From assembly GCA_964199315.1 (NCBI GenBank), contig OZ116699.1, positions 4,898,001 through 4,962,000 on the forward strand: DNA of 64,000 nucleotides, written 5' to 3'. Below the pieces are notes generated by a model. The model made no database searches, had not been told where the DNA came from, and was given only the letters and a program-made list of their open reading frames with translations. A program made the translations under genes and the position numbers. Positions within the stretch are counted from its first letter, which is position 1. The number at the start of each line of letters is the position of its first letter. This document shows positions 1-13,640 of the stretch, piece by piece. The stretch comes from Orbicella franksi. Lineage: Eukaryota.

Positions 1-846
1 CGACAAACAAAAGAATCCCCAGAAATTAATTTCCACATCACAACAATGGCTGCCAAGAGATCACAGCGTGCAGTGCTTAATGGGAAATACTGTGTCTTTA
101 AATACAAGGTGCTAGTACAAATGGAGCTCAATTCAATGCAAAGTCAAAATCGATCATGGACTTAGGAATCTTGTACTGATATTCCAAAATGTCAGGAAAG
201 GATCGCTTTTGATAATAATATTATCTGTGATTTTGGCACTTGAAATGTGAGTGCTCAGCTTAATGCTGAAGAGAAGGGTGATACAGTGCCAGGCTGCCCT
301 GTTGAGGCCCCTACAAGGGTTTTCAAAAATCTGGATGGTTAAAGCAGATATGCAGGGATATAGAGTAGGAAGATTATTAATTTGCAAAAGGTTAAGTTTT
401 AAGCGATATGGGATATGTTTAGGTCAAAAAATTAATGGGATATGGGACACTCAGACCCCATCCCCCCAACCCCAGGAAGATAGGTGGAGATCACCTCTGA
501 AAACCTTTGGTTGGAGTGTGACCCATTTCTTTTATCTGTACTGTTACATCCTTAGAGAGTATCCCCTTCCCCCTGTCCATACTTCTTAACACCTGACATA
601 ATATCAGGGTTTGAGATGGGTGGGTGGGTGAGGCTGTAAATATACAGGCACCATTGCTATCAGGATGCATCAGTTACTGACCGAGTGGAAAATGTTTTGG
701 TCACCTGCAACCATAAAGTCAGTAACTGAGCAGTAACACTATGTTGGACAGGTTCTAACCCCATGGTCTCCCCAGCCCGCCAGCTTTTTTGCCTCCGCTC
801 TGAGCCCGTCAAGTGTTGTTCAGCGGTTAAAGGGCAACATTTCAAT

Positions 847-3800
847 ATGGCGGACGGTGGGTCTTCGAAGTTGTTGGTAAAACACTTGCCTTCGCAGCTT
901 AGTGTAAGCGATAAAACCGACTTATTAAAACACTTTGGAGCTAAAGAAGTAATATGTATGGAAAGACGAGGAAAATTGGTGAGTATTTCTTCGGCATTTT
1001 GGAATGCAACTGAAGTAATGTTAATCACCTGGACCCGGGCTTGTTTTAATTTGACTAGTACGCACTGCTTTTGTACTTTAGCTTAATTATTTAAGGTGGC
1101 TCCTTATAATTTTACGACCGCACGCAAGCTCAGGACGAAAGCTCTAAGCCTTGTCCAAACGGGAAATGTTTGGTGATCAAACACAATCAAACATTGTTTT
1201 GTGACCAAACATTTTCTCGTTTGGAAACCTTGTTGGGTCGTGTTGGATCGTGTTTGATAAAATTTAAACGGCATCAACATGAAATCAAATATTGCAAAAC
1301 ACTTTTTTCGTTCAAACAAGCTCGATACCGTTTGGCCACTCTGTACAACACAACCATGTTTGTCACCAAACGTGTTTGTGGTCAACAAACATTTCCCATT
1401 TGGACTGAGCTTTAGGCCCTGTTTCCAAGCAGGTAGGGTAACCACTAGTGCTAAGGTTGCCCTAGATAGGAGGTCAAAGATAGCCCGCTGTTACAAGCAA
1501 ATCGTTTCAAGTAGGGTTTCCCTACTTCCTGAGACAACTCTGGCTGGTTACGATTTAGTAAGTTAACCTGGTAAATGTAATTGATGAAATCGATAACAAT
1601 TTTACTGCTAAACCTATGTTAATTTGAACTATGTGGTTTATCAGTTCCACTGAAATCTTTTCAATTTCGAAGCTCAATTAGCAATTAACTAGCTGAGCAC
1701 ACGGGTTGCCCTAGGCTTTATAACAATTCTTTAAGTGATGTATTTAACTTTGATTTTTATTCTGTGGTTGAAATATATGTAAATTTTATATAAATTGATT
1801 GTGTTTCATGTACCAGTATTCATCTCTCACAAGTATTTTATTTAGAAATCTACATAGTGACCAGCTCCTTCCCAATGAAGGTTGGCGTTAAATTCACAAC
1901 TTTGTTTTGAAGTTCGCAATTTGATTGAGAATTACGTAACGAAATTGCGTAGCAAACTTCAGGAATTTCAAACAAACTTTGGAAAGCGTTTGTCAAAAGT
2001 TTGGTGAAGCGCACTGTAAATTTTTATTCCACACTTCAAAATATTTAATGAGTAGATTAAGGTGATTTTATATAATTATTGTCTTTCCTAGAGTGGTGAA
2101 GTAAGTCCAACAGCATTATTTCTAGAGAAAATTTAGGGCCACCTTTTACTACCATCTCCAACAAAGAACTCAAGGAAACTGTCCTAATAGCTAACAAGCT
2201 TGGGAGTTGATTGTTATCTCTGAATTACCGGTAATTGCCTATATTTTCAGAAAGATGCTGCTTTTGTTGAGTTTTCCACCCAGGCAGAAGCAGTGAGGGT
2301 AAGTTCAAACTTTAGGAAACCAGTCTGATTTTCTTTAATACATTTCAAATAACTGCACCTTTCAGTAACACACAAACTGTGCAGCTCAAAGCCTAAGTAA
2401 GGGTTTCCATGGACTAGACATTTAGGTGTTGACAACTATAATTTTGTTATCAACAACTAAATGTTATCGACAACTAAGAAACGTAGCACTTGGTTGAGAT
2501 GAGTTGTGAACAGCTAAACACTAAATTTCTAGTTGTTGACAACTAAGCAGTTTCCCTTTTGGAAAAGGGAAACTGCTTTTATTTAGTTGTCAACAACTAC
2601 GTTTTTGGCAATTCTTCCTGTGTGTGGGAATCATTGGTTAGTTGTTGACAGCTATCAAAACTGCATTGTCAGTGGACAGTGGTTTGAGCATGTGTATGTT
2701 GTTTTGAGCATGCGTAGTGAATGTTGGTTTTCAAGGTCTTGCTGGCCTGACTTAGTTATCGAGAACTAACACTCCAATGTGTGGAATGCTTGCCTTGGAC
2801 ACAATTAGTTGTCCATAACATTTAAATGTTGATAACAAATAGTTGTCGACAGCTAAATATCTAGTCTGTGGAGGTCCTAAGGATTGTAGTTTTGGCTGCC
2901 ATCAATATATTGATCATAATTTTGATGACAACTAACTAACCTTGAAAAGAAAAGACAAACAAAACAAATCAAAATCTATCAATCACAACCCATAGACGTG
3001 ACCTTTTGAACCTTTTGAAGTAAACTTTTGTTTCCTGAGAGGTTTGCTAAGGTGATGGACAGCAAAAAAACATGAAACTGTTGTTAGAATAGAGTTTGTA
3101 TGCTATTGAAAGGTGCAGTAATGATAACTGAAACAGCATTTTTCATAGAGTAAATTGACACAGTACATGCACACTGTAACATGCAACTTGTTTCTGTGCC
3201 AGTACAATTTTTTTTATTAAACTGGTGCCAATTTGTGAACTGGTACATAGTGTTTTCAAATGTTACAACTGCACTCATGTGTATGATTTGGGTTTGAGGG
3301 ATTATTTTAAATTCCTACATGTATATGTCCTAAAATATACATGTAGTGTGTATATTGTGCTCATAATTTGAAATCTGCTACAGCACCCTGCTACTGCACC
3401 CTGGGCCAATTTTTTAGCTACTTGGAATGCCCAACTGAAATCATCATTCAGATCTGCACTTTGCCCAGATCAGGGTTTCCAACAGCTTTCTTAAGTACAT
3501 GTACTGGATTTCTTCCTGAAACTTATGAGATACTCGAGTCAAAAAAAAAAGAAAGAAAATACAGTAACTATGCAAATATATGGCATCAAAGTACTCAACA
3601 TTGTTTGGTAGATAACTGGAGGAGACGTCCAGCCTTCAGCCTCTAACCCTAACTACAGCACTATTCATTACACATTGTACAGGCACTCTCTCAGTTACAC
3701 CAGTCTGAGGTCCTTGGCAGCATATTGACAGCAGAGTATGCCAAACCCTTTCATGAACGTCTTGCAGCTCAACAGTGTAGCAGGTAAGCGGTCAAGGTTT

Positions 3801-6800
3801 CAGTCTGTTTTCACATGAACATGTACTCCATTCCACGGACTGTAGCCAACTTCTTACAATTTCTCTTTTTTCAAGTGCTCTTTTAAATTGTTACATCCCT
3901 AATAAAACTTTTTGCAAGAAGGGCAGCTAAGTGAGAATAACATATTAAGATTTTTATATATTGACACCAGCTCTTTAGAGAAGACTGCAGACTGTTACAA
4001 TTGTTAAGAAAGCATGCGGTACAGATGGACAGATTTCTCCATCGTTTTCTTAACCCTTCAAGCCCTGACTGTAGGCCCAAAGACCACTTGTAAGTAATAT
4101 ATATTTACCAATTATGCTCCACTAAAAACTGCTATATTTAGCTTTTTAATAGCATTTTGTGCCATATGGCACTATCAGGGCTTAAAGGTTAAAAATCAGA
4201 GGAAACCCCCAACAGAGAAGCTGGCTGAGATTATAAAGTTGTAATTAATCCTGTTATTTTTGTTGGCATCCCACCATATGAACTTTTAGCAACCTTGAAC
4301 TGTGTTGATTATTTTGTCACTTAAGGCTTTTATAGGGGAATGGAAAAATAGGTTCCTTGGGACTTACAATTTTATTAAAATTTTGTTTCACTAACATTGC
4401 AATGTCCATCCCAAATAAGTGCTCTGTCTGCAAAACCTCTGTCAAGCTCTCATAATAAAATGGCACAGTGAAATTTTTTTATATAATCAAATTTTTATGA
4501 GCATGATAAGACATAACTTTTGGCAGGGTTTTTAAAAAAATTCACTTGTGGGGTTCAGAGCCACCTTAAAGTTTTGAAAATTTAAGGTGGTTCTGAACCC
4601 TATGTACAGAATTTTACTAAACTTTGCCAAAAGTTGCATCAATCAATCTATCAATCAATCAATCTTTAGCTGTACTCACTCTTGCTCAAAATAAAAAAGT
4701 TATAACGATGAAAATATTAAAAGTAAAATTTAGAGTACTGCTGCCTGGAATAACCATGGGGCTAGCGGAGCCAGGCAGCAGTTAACATCAGTATTAAATA
4801 GAAACAATATACAAGTCAGCAAGAAAACTGAATGCTATTTCTATGTTACATGTATGAAGGAAGTCTAGAATAGTTAAATTTATATATGAATACAAAACAT
4901 TAATGTAAGAACAACACACAATAGCTATGGCAACTAATAACAGCTATATATTAAACTATAAAAGTAAGACTTGGAAAGGTGACAGAAAACAGAAATGAGC
5001 ATCTTATCATGCTTATCAAAATTTAATAATATAAAGAAATTTCACCGCTTTTGAATTATAAGCCTTTAAAGCTATAATAAAGGGTGATTTAGCAGGTCAT
5101 ACTGTTGCTATGGTAACCTACTGTGTCATGAAAATTATAACAAGGTGTTCACCAATGCTATGATTGTAGCATCAACTGATAAATGGTGGTTACAATGACC
5201 CATCAAAACCTAAGCCTTGGAAAGTGCTGGAAACTGTTTTGAGTGACCTTAAAAGGCAAAATAATGTGAATCGGGGCTTTTGCCACAGTACTCTCTGTTT
5301 GATCATGGACTTCAGTGAGGGAACGGTTAAATCTGCTGGTGGTTGAAATAAAACAGTGTTCCTGAATTTGAAATATCCTGAGAAGCTCATTGATTCAACC
5401 ATCAGCAGATTCAATCGTTCCCTCGCTCAAGTCCATGATCAAACAGAGAGCACTGTGGCGGAAAACCCAATGCACATTATTTTGCCTTTTTAAAGCCAAA
5501 ATTTGGCTGACATTGTATGCAGTGACTTAAGCGACCTTTCCATGAAGATAAACAAAGATCTGTAGTCCATCTTCACAAGTAGGAAACTCATCCAAGACCT
5601 TAGAGTGATGAAGAAGAAACCATCTCTAGTAAATCAACAATGCGTTGTTTGCAAATGCAAAATAATGTAACTTGTGCAATTCAAGTTATGTCGGATACAC
5701 ATGCCGACACCTGTTTAATGAGCAAGGCATTAATGAGCATAAGTAGTCAGTGGTCAGAAAACACCTTTGCAAAAGTCACAACCAAGACCAACCAAATATG
5801 CATGAACAATTCAGCATCTTAAAGAATTGCAGAGGGAAACTGGCAAGAACGCTTGATTTAAGAGATGTTGCTAATCAAAGAAAAAAGACCAAACATAAAC
5901 ACACAAGCGGACTCTATGCGGGCAAAAGTGTTTAATTAGCTGATATTGCTCCTCACATTTTCCCTTAACACCTAAACTAGTATATATCTGAACTGAATCT
6001 TTTTTAATCTGCATTTGATAATTGTAACAAGATGATGTCGAAACATCATGTTATAGAGTTCAGCCTTGACATTGGCGTAAAACATATGCTTATAAAAAAG
6101 AAAGAGTGTATCAGGGGTTTAATTAAGGGCTGGCACTGGACAAAATGACTGGCTGTGAGGATGATTTTTACTGCCTGGTTTAACCATTGACAGAGACAAG
6201 TTTTTGTTATAAAAAGGTCAGTTCAGAAAAGTTTTGCCCACCTGCTGGAAACATCAATGAAATGCTCATGTGTGATATGACTTATTACAATGTAGAGTGG
6301 AGCCTAAGACAGAGTTGGATGAAAAAACCAAGAATGAGAAGGACACACAAAAACAAGAAACACAACAAGGAAGCAAAGAGAAAGTCAAATCCAACATCCA
6401 AGGAATTGCCCCAGGACTAGGGTAAGAAAAAATAAGAACCATGCACTGCGTATGCTATAGGCTACTCACTATCGACAACAGAATAGATAGTGAGTAGCGT
6501 AGCCAATCAGAAAACAGCATTTGTGATAGAATGTGTGTAGATTTACAGTGTATACTAAAACTTGATAGGAACACACAGAAAACGCTTGCAATCATTGTTT
6601 TATTTCAGAATCAAGTACAGTAGCAATCCAAGTCTTCACTATGTGTATCCTCCAGTGAACTCAGCAATCCTCACCAACATTGCTCACACATTAGCTTGTG
6701 TTCCAAGATTTTATATCCAGGTACATTGTCTGAGATCAGAAGATTGCACTTCTTGTTCGCATCACAGATTGCATTATGCAGGGCTTGACTTTCAGGGAAA

Positions 6801-9800
6801 AACCTTGGTGCCACCTGGCCCCTAGGTTTTCAGATTTAGTTGCTAACAAGGTTATTTCAGTGTGAAGCGTGAAAAGTTAGTCACCAGTGAAAAAATTAGG
6901 TTGCATTGGGGTCGCAGTCTGATTATCTTGTTCTTGTACTTGTTTGAAAGCCAGTTGAGTACATTTGTCTATAATTCTGGAAAAAAAATTATCAATTTTT
7001 TTTGCTTATAATTTGTGGGATTTGCTTTTGAAAATTTGACGTACAGTAACTGAAGAAGAAGAAAGGGAATGAAACGAAAACCTAAATTGTAAAATTCAAT
7101 AATAATTGATCAAGTTTTAACAAAAGAAATCGTGAACATGACAGAGTTTGGATACCCGATCTTAATTATTCCTAGCTATTTTCTCATTAGTTTTAGTTCT
7201 GATTGAGAAGAAATATATCAAACACTCAAGACAGAGTTTGATCACCTCAAAGTTTGTCAAAAATATTGTACTGGGCATCATATTTTCAACTCTTTTCTCT
7301 GTGTTTTGAAATGTGGTCAAACACAGTCTTTCGTGTTTGGTATAGTACATCAAAATTCATCAAAATTCCGCAACTCTGCCAGACTTGACCAATGTTTTCC
7401 GTGGTCTAATGAAACATTACTTTTAATTACTACTGTAGCAAGATTTGAAATGGTTATTGTCCAATAAAATAACTGATCAAGCTTACAGAAGCTTATAACA
7501 TTACTTTTGAATGACTAATAATTTATTTGAGAGGCAGTCTAATAAATTCTGTCAAGGCAAATAAATTACTAGCCTCGTGAAAAAGGTATTGTCCCTTCCC
7601 CTTCCCGGAAAAGTGAGGATATTCCTGTTTTCCCTCAAACTAACCTAATTTGTTTCTTTCTTGTATAGGTTTTGCATCTGATGAATAAAATGAATCTCCC
7701 AGCTCCATTTGGCCAGGTGACCCCTACCCCACCTGTGGTAAGATTTGTAATGTGATCTGGGCGCACTTTTCAGAATATATTCCATTTTAGTTAACCTAGC
7801 TCTGGGGTGTTTCCTCAGTCAACATTAGATTATTTCCAAACTGTGAGCTTTTAAGACTTTTAGTCAATTTTTAACTTTTTTGATGAGCTACAAGGATTTA
7901 ATTTACACTTCAAGTTTTACATGTATTTACGTGTAAACTTCGGTATCAGTCAACTGTCTGTTAAACAAATGTTATCCAGTATACCTTAGTTTAAACATTA
8001 GAAGTTTGCTGCAGGGATATCTGGCTGCTGTCGTCTTCTTTGATGATCAATATTTTCTTTGTCGTTATTAAGTTAGGTGAAGTACCTGAGGGACCACAGA
8101 CAACAGTCGCTTCATCAGATGGTGAGATATCTATGTCCAGTGATGAGTCAGAAATAGAAAGTGATGAGGAGGAAAGAGAAAAAAGGTGATCTTAAGCTCA
8201 ATAATAAATATGTTTATTATACATGTCTCTTGCATTAGCCTGTTCAGTACTGACTCCAGAGGTTACAGACAAGGGTCACCTTTCTGTGGCCTGTGTAACA
8301 CCAGTGCACACTCATAAAAAGTTAGACTTGCTTACAAGTCGAACTTTGAGATCAAATGAAGGGCTGCATGGAAAAAGACCCTAGGTGACATCTGATAGAC
8401 TGCAAGATTCTCCTAGCAAATTGCCTTTCTTTTCTTTCTACAATAAAGGAGAATTTGACATGAGATGAAGTGTCGCTTTTTTCAAGTTCGCCTTCAGATA
8501 GAGAGCTCAAAGCATGACAACAAGAAGCAAACAACTTTTAGAATGTCTAGTACAAAGTGAACTGCATTTTATGGACAGCAGTTATCTCACTGTGCTTTCT
8601 ACCTTTTCATTTGTCACAATTATGTGCTAATGCAAGTACCTGTTATAAAAGCTTTCTACCTCTTAGTGTGTTTTTATGAAAGTCACAGACTATTTTTAAG
8701 TTATTATAATGTTGCCTTTGAAAAAAGACAACATTAATTGTAGTTTGAGGCATACCACTGCATAGCAGTCTTTCCTGTAATCTGCTCTCTGATTGCTATT
8801 CATAAGAGAGCGGTTTTTTCGTTTAAGTGTGGAAAAGTAATTGGTTTTGCATCTCTTTGCTATGTGATTGGTTTAGAAAAACTCACGCCACTTTGTCATT
8901 CAATTAGAAGGAAAACCAAAGCCAACTGTGACTCACTTGCATACGTTTTCCCACACCGTGTCAGCTACATCAATAACTTCGGGTCTTGATTGGTTCATTG
9001 TATTTTCCTTGTTCTTTGTTAGAGCGGTTTTCAATTGAGTGTGGAAAGTAGTCAGTCAATTACTTTGGTTTTGGTTTTGGTTTTGGTTTGACTATGGTTT
9101 GAGGTTGGCTGAGTAGTCTAATTGGTAAGTAATTGGTTTGGTTTGGGTTTGGTTTTACGGCACTCAACTGAATTCTGCTCTATGACTAGAAATTAGATTC
9201 CAACCACTGTTGGCTCTTTAAGGGTTAATGAAAGACTGGTGATTTTGCTTCAGAGCTAAGGAAAGGGCTGAGCATGCCCAGAGAATGTCTGTTGCTAAAC
9301 CAGGCACAGGTGCGAATAAACGTCACAAGGTGAAGCTTCATCCAGCTCAACCACCGACCAAGAAAGTCAGATCAGCGCCATTATCCAAACACACTCCTGA
9401 GAGTGTAGAGAAAGCATTTGAACAGCCTGCTGGTCAGCCCAAGAAGATTGAGTTCAAGCTTACAGAGGCAATCTCAAACATATTCGAGTCTGCAGCTTAC
9501 AATGAGATGAGAGGTAAACTATGTTCCTTGTCTGTGCCGCTGACCAACATACCGACAGATGGATGGACTGAATGACTTAATGATTGAATGACCAATTATT
9601 TTAAAGGATTCATGGAGTTACTGTTCACAGTTGCGAGTCAGTTGGTCAGTCAATCAGTCAAACAGTCGGTCAGTCAGACAGTCGGTTAGTCAGTCAGTCA
9701 GTTGCTTAGTCGGTTGGTCGGGTAGCTATTCGGTCAGTCTGTCATTCAGTCAGTCAGTCAGTTGGTTAGTCAGTTGGTCAGGCAGTCAGTCAGTCAGTTG

Positions 9801-12765
9801 GTTAGTCATTTGGTCAGACAGTCTGTCAGTCTGTCTGTCTGTTGTTGAGTCATTTAGTCAGTCAGTTGGTCAGTCAACGGTAAAACACTGAAACGCCTTC
9901 CCTCCGATTTTCATGAGGAGAGTGGATGATCTAACACCGACACTTAGTCAGTTAATATATCTCTTACCACTGAATCATTGAATCTATTGGCAAACCTTGG
10001 CAATTCAGTTCCCTAACAGCTAGCTTTGTTTACAGCTTCCATTGCACAAGAGGTGGAAGGTTTTGGTAGATTTGCACCTCCTGAAGATCTTGATGATGAC
10101 AAACATGACGAAAAAGAAGATGAATCTGATTCTGAAGAAAGCAACGATTTTATCTCGTCAGCGGAGTTACGAAGAAACAGAATTAGTACCAAAGGTAAGC
10201 AAACTTATTCTCTTTGTAAACAAATTTACATTTTAAACTACTAAAGTTCTCTTTGCAAATAACTTTACATGAAGTAGAAAAATAGATAGAGTGGTGTTCA
10301 CTTGAGTGTTGAAAAGTAATTGGTTTTGCATTACTACGTTACACGATTGGCTTAAAAAATTCACGCCACGTTTTCATCCAACCAGAGAAAAACGAGAACC
10401 AATCGCGACGCGATTTCTATCAAAGGGTAGCTAGCCACTTATGTGAGACCTTGAGAGATCTACTACTCGATCCAAAGTGATTTTTTGTCTTCACAGAAAT
10501 GCCTGAGTTATCTGCTTTCAAGAATTACAAACCAGGAGATCCTACCTGTAGACTCTACATCAAAAACCTGGCAAAAACTGTCGATGAAAAGGTAGTGTTC
10601 ATATTTGTGCCTATACTGAAACATTGAAGGTCAAACCCGGTGAATAGTTTCCTTTGTCGACGTCCTTTAGGGCTGTCAGTGATAAACCCAAAGAGCGTCT
10701 GCGATGGAAGCTCGGCCAATCATTGTTTCCACTGATAAAGTAATAACTTCATTATTTTAAATTTGAGTTTATTCTTCTTTTCAGGTTTAAATTGAAAGTT
10801 CCGAAGCTCCAAAAAACGGGAACAGAATATCTCGGGGTCCTAGTACAGTTTATTTTCTCCCAATTTAAGCAACGAATTTGTAATTCGCGAGCGGGAAACA
10901 CGATAAACTCATGGCGCGGACGAGAGCTTCGTCCCTCTCCGCTCAAGGGTCGCTCATGACTCCTTCCATCGAAAGAGAGACTGCTATCAGTCAGAGAAAA
11001 CGCCCATTTATAGAGTGAACAATTCTCAACTGAGTGCTGCAAAACTAAGACCAAAGCAGTCACAATGGCCAAAGACGCAACACAACAAGCCAATGTATCA
11101 GAGCTTAGGCTGCACTGCAATCGCGGAAAACGCGGGAGGCTTGGGGGAAAGCGGAAAATGCATCTTAGGGAGTAGTAGTGAGGCTGAATGACGTGTGAGG
11201 GGGAGGGAAAGGAAAGATGTGTTTTGCTCTCTGCCTCTCCTCCCTAACTTTGCACTTTTGTTGGTTTTTTTTAGGATCTTAAGTTCATATTTGGTCGGTA
11301 CATTAACCACAATTTAGAGGAAGAAAAAGACAGGTGTTGTATGAGGTTGAATGCAGTGGAACCCTCCTTACGGCCACCTCGTTACTGAGGCCACCTCGTT
11401 ATTGCTGCCACCTCCTTATTGCGGCCACTTTGTTCTGGTCCAAACAAAAGCTTAGTCAGTCATTTTCTTATTTAAAGAACCCTTTAACACGGCCACTCCG
11501 TTAATACGGCCAACTTTTTGTGCCCCGTTGGTGACCGGATTGACGGGGTTCCACTGTACTCCATTTTATTCTCATTTTTACAGTATTGGCTTGAATAATG
11601 TTGTTGTCCCTGGAGGCATTAGAAACTGCGAAATCTTCGATTAAAACTCACTTCAACTTCTTCACTGGGCTACTTCCCTATTCGCTCGTTGATAATTCGG
11701 GCTCGTATTGTAATTTTTAAATAGCACTCAGAAATGAATGTGTGAAAAGTTTAAAACCCACGAGCGATATTGTTCAGTGAAAAGATCTTTACTTTCAAGT
11801 AAAAGATTTCCTTGCGAACTTTCACTCGGTCGGTCTTACGAAATAACGTGTGACGCAAAAGGCCTGTTAAGATTTCGCGTTGGAACTGTGCGTATCTAGC
11901 CCCAATGTGCGCCGCATAACAGACGATTAGCAGCACTTTTACCTCACCAAATTGATGCATGGCGGTATTTTGAACACACCCAACCGAGCAACAAAGTCAT
12001 AATTTCCCATCAAGCTTTGCAAGAATAAACATGGCGCTGCGCGGGAAACTTGAAATTCAAGAATGGCAAACACGAAACGTCCAGTATTCAAACCAAGTGC
12101 AGAATTATCGAATTCAAAGCTCTAAAACAATTTTACACGAATACCAAGTTTTGATTTGGAACAAATCTTTTTTTTTTTTCAGATTTGACATTCGTCTGAT
12201 GAAGGAAGGTCGTATGAAGGGACAAGCTTTTATCACACTGCCGAGTGAAGACAAAGCAAAGAAGGCCTTGAGAGACGTACATGGCTACATCCTCCAAGGG
12301 AAACCAATGGTCATTGTATCCTTGAATAGACTTTTTTCACTGCACCAATTTAGGGGAGATGTAGATGTGCTGAGAACGTAAAGTTAAGGAAGGTTTTAAT
12401 CCGAGGCAGGTAGATTAAAACCAAGGAGTAACGTTCTTCCTTAAAAAAAACCATCTCCTTCCCAAATTTCCCAAGGGCAAAATACTTTTTACCCATTCGC
12501 AAGTTTGTGTACGATCACCTAAATCAAATATATTTTCAGGACGGGCTTTTCCTCAGACTTTGCGAAGAAGAAAGCCTGTTTATTTTCTTTGAAAACAAAG
12601 TTTGACGCTGACATCAACCTCATTTTCAAAATAGGTTTTGAAGAGACTTTCTTTTCAGACGGAAAGTTTGACACAAAAGTCTCTATCACCTCCATATTTC
12701 TTTAATTGCATTCCTTAACTGGTTGTTTCCAGCAATTCGCCAGGTCAGCTAAAGCGAAGGACTGA
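847..12765 (+). CDS. RNPC3: RNA-binding region-containing protein 3 (U11/U12 snRNP 65K), two RRMs, 13 coding exons, 479 aa
   Basis: Exons 847-978, 2251-2298, 3683-3783, 6296-6421, 6609-6720, 7669-7737, 8073-8185, 9254-9513, 10036-10194, 10497-10591, 11275-11333, 12183-12315, 12733-12765 join in phase (1440 nt). Diagnostic peptides: LLVKHLP..L, GIAPGLG, YVYPP..ILTNI...PRFYIQVLHLMNKMNLPAPFG, RLYIKNLAK, FDIRLMKEGRMKGQAF, GKPMVIQFARSA. The exon 7 acceptor is the least certain junction. Confidence 0.95.
1145..1413. mobile_element. MITE with terminal inverted repeats in RNPC3 intron 1
   Basis: Left end taagccttgtccaaacgggaaatgtttg is an imperfect inverted match to right end caaacatttcccatttggactgagcttta; no coding capacity. 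Confidence 0.7.
2407..2871. mobile_element. MITE with TIRs and an internal array of gttgtc(g/a)acaactaa-type motifs
   Basis: tccatggactagacattta ... taaatatctagtctgtgga inverted ends; roughly ten gacaacta/tagttgtc motifs in both orientations. Confidence 0.7.
4515..4635. repeat. Short foldback (hairpin) element
   Basis: aacttttggca...tgccaaaagtt outer arms; inner gggttcagagccaccttaaa / tttaaggtggttctgaaccc. Confidence 0.7.
5245..5940 (+). pseudogene. Decayed Penelope-like retroelement (RT C-terminus and GIY-YIG-type endonuclease) in RNPC3 intron 3
   Basis: Broken translation LKYPEKLIDSTISRF...IILPF*...SIFTSRKL..DL...KPSLVNQQCVV...CNLCNSSYVGYTCRHL...KHL...FSILKNCRGKL...NINTQADSMRAKVFN*; in-frame stops and frameshifts. 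Confidence 0.75.
9635..9877. repeat. Degenerate (GTCA)n tetranucleotide repeat
   Basis: Tandem gtca/gtta/gtcg units in RNPC3 intron 8. Confidence 0.9.
11354..11556. mobile_element. Tc1/mariner-type MITE
   Basis: TIR cagtggaaccc / ggggttccactg, TA on the right flank, internal gccacc(t/c)cgtta repeats. Confidence 0.65.
12316..12732 (+). other. U12-type GT-AG intron (last intron of RNPC3)
   Basis: Donor GTATCCTTG at 12316; perfect branch site TTCCTTAAC at 12711-12719; AG at 12731-12732; splicing restores the conserved PMVI|QFARS. Confidence 0.92.
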
Positions 12766-13462
12766 AGTGCTTTGTACTTGTCGAAAAGATCAGAAGAGAG
12801 GGCGGAGAACTGCACTCCAACTACAAGAAGACTAGGCAGTTCTCTTCGTATCACGTGGCTTGTCCCCACCAGTTCTGTACAGAATACGATTTACGACACG
12901 TGATCAGCTCCCGTGGTTATTGCTGTTATGAACCAGGATGTGTCTGAAGACTGGATTGTGAAGAATGCAAATGAAAGACAGTGCTTCTGAATGAATTCAG
13001 CGTAAGGGAAGCCGGGTTCCACAGGGATCCCGTTCGTGTCTCTGATTGATTGTCCCTTGGTTTTACATTTTCCCCGCGCAAGTAACAACCAATTAAAGAA
13101 GACACCGATCAATTGGGAGTTAGGTCATCGGTACGGAAGTTTTCTCTCGTGCAGGGGAAGAATGGCGCAAGTGAAGAGAGAGTTATAGGCTTAACTGCGC
13201 CACTCAGTTAAAAAAAAAAATCATGATAACAGTTTTTATTATATGGCAAGCTCCGCAAGCGGGCAAAATGAACCAAATCCTACCCGGTGATTAGCTACTC
13301 GGACGAACAAGCGGCCGCTATCTTGCCCGCTCAGGTTACTGCTTTTTTTGCTTGGAAATGGTGTTCTTGATGCCATCTTATAAATACTTCGTTAACCAAT
13401 CCTGGCAAGATGGCCGGATATTGTTCTAGGTCTACGCGTCTCGGCCCATAAACACACAAAAC

Positions 13463-13640
13463 AATAATAATAATAATAATAATAACAATAACAATAACAA
13501 TAACAATAACAATAATAATAATAATAATAATAGTTGTAATTTTTTATAAGCCACTAATAAACATTATTGATTATAATAATAATAACAACAACAATAACAA
13601 CAAAAACAACAATAACAACAATAACAATAATAATAATAAA
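13463..13640. repeat. (AAT/AAC)n microsatellite
   Basis: Long aat/aac trinucleotide runs. Confidence 0.95.

Noticed and set aside
1-780. Possible divergent gene upstream of RNPC3, and a 12-bp stem (670-729)
   Set aside because: Only short open frames, no consistent exon chain or recognisable peptide; one stem is insufficient evidence
2407-2871. CRISPR-like repeated motif array
   Set aside because: Eukaryotic intron, motifs in both orientations, irregular spacing, bounded by TIRs, no cas genes
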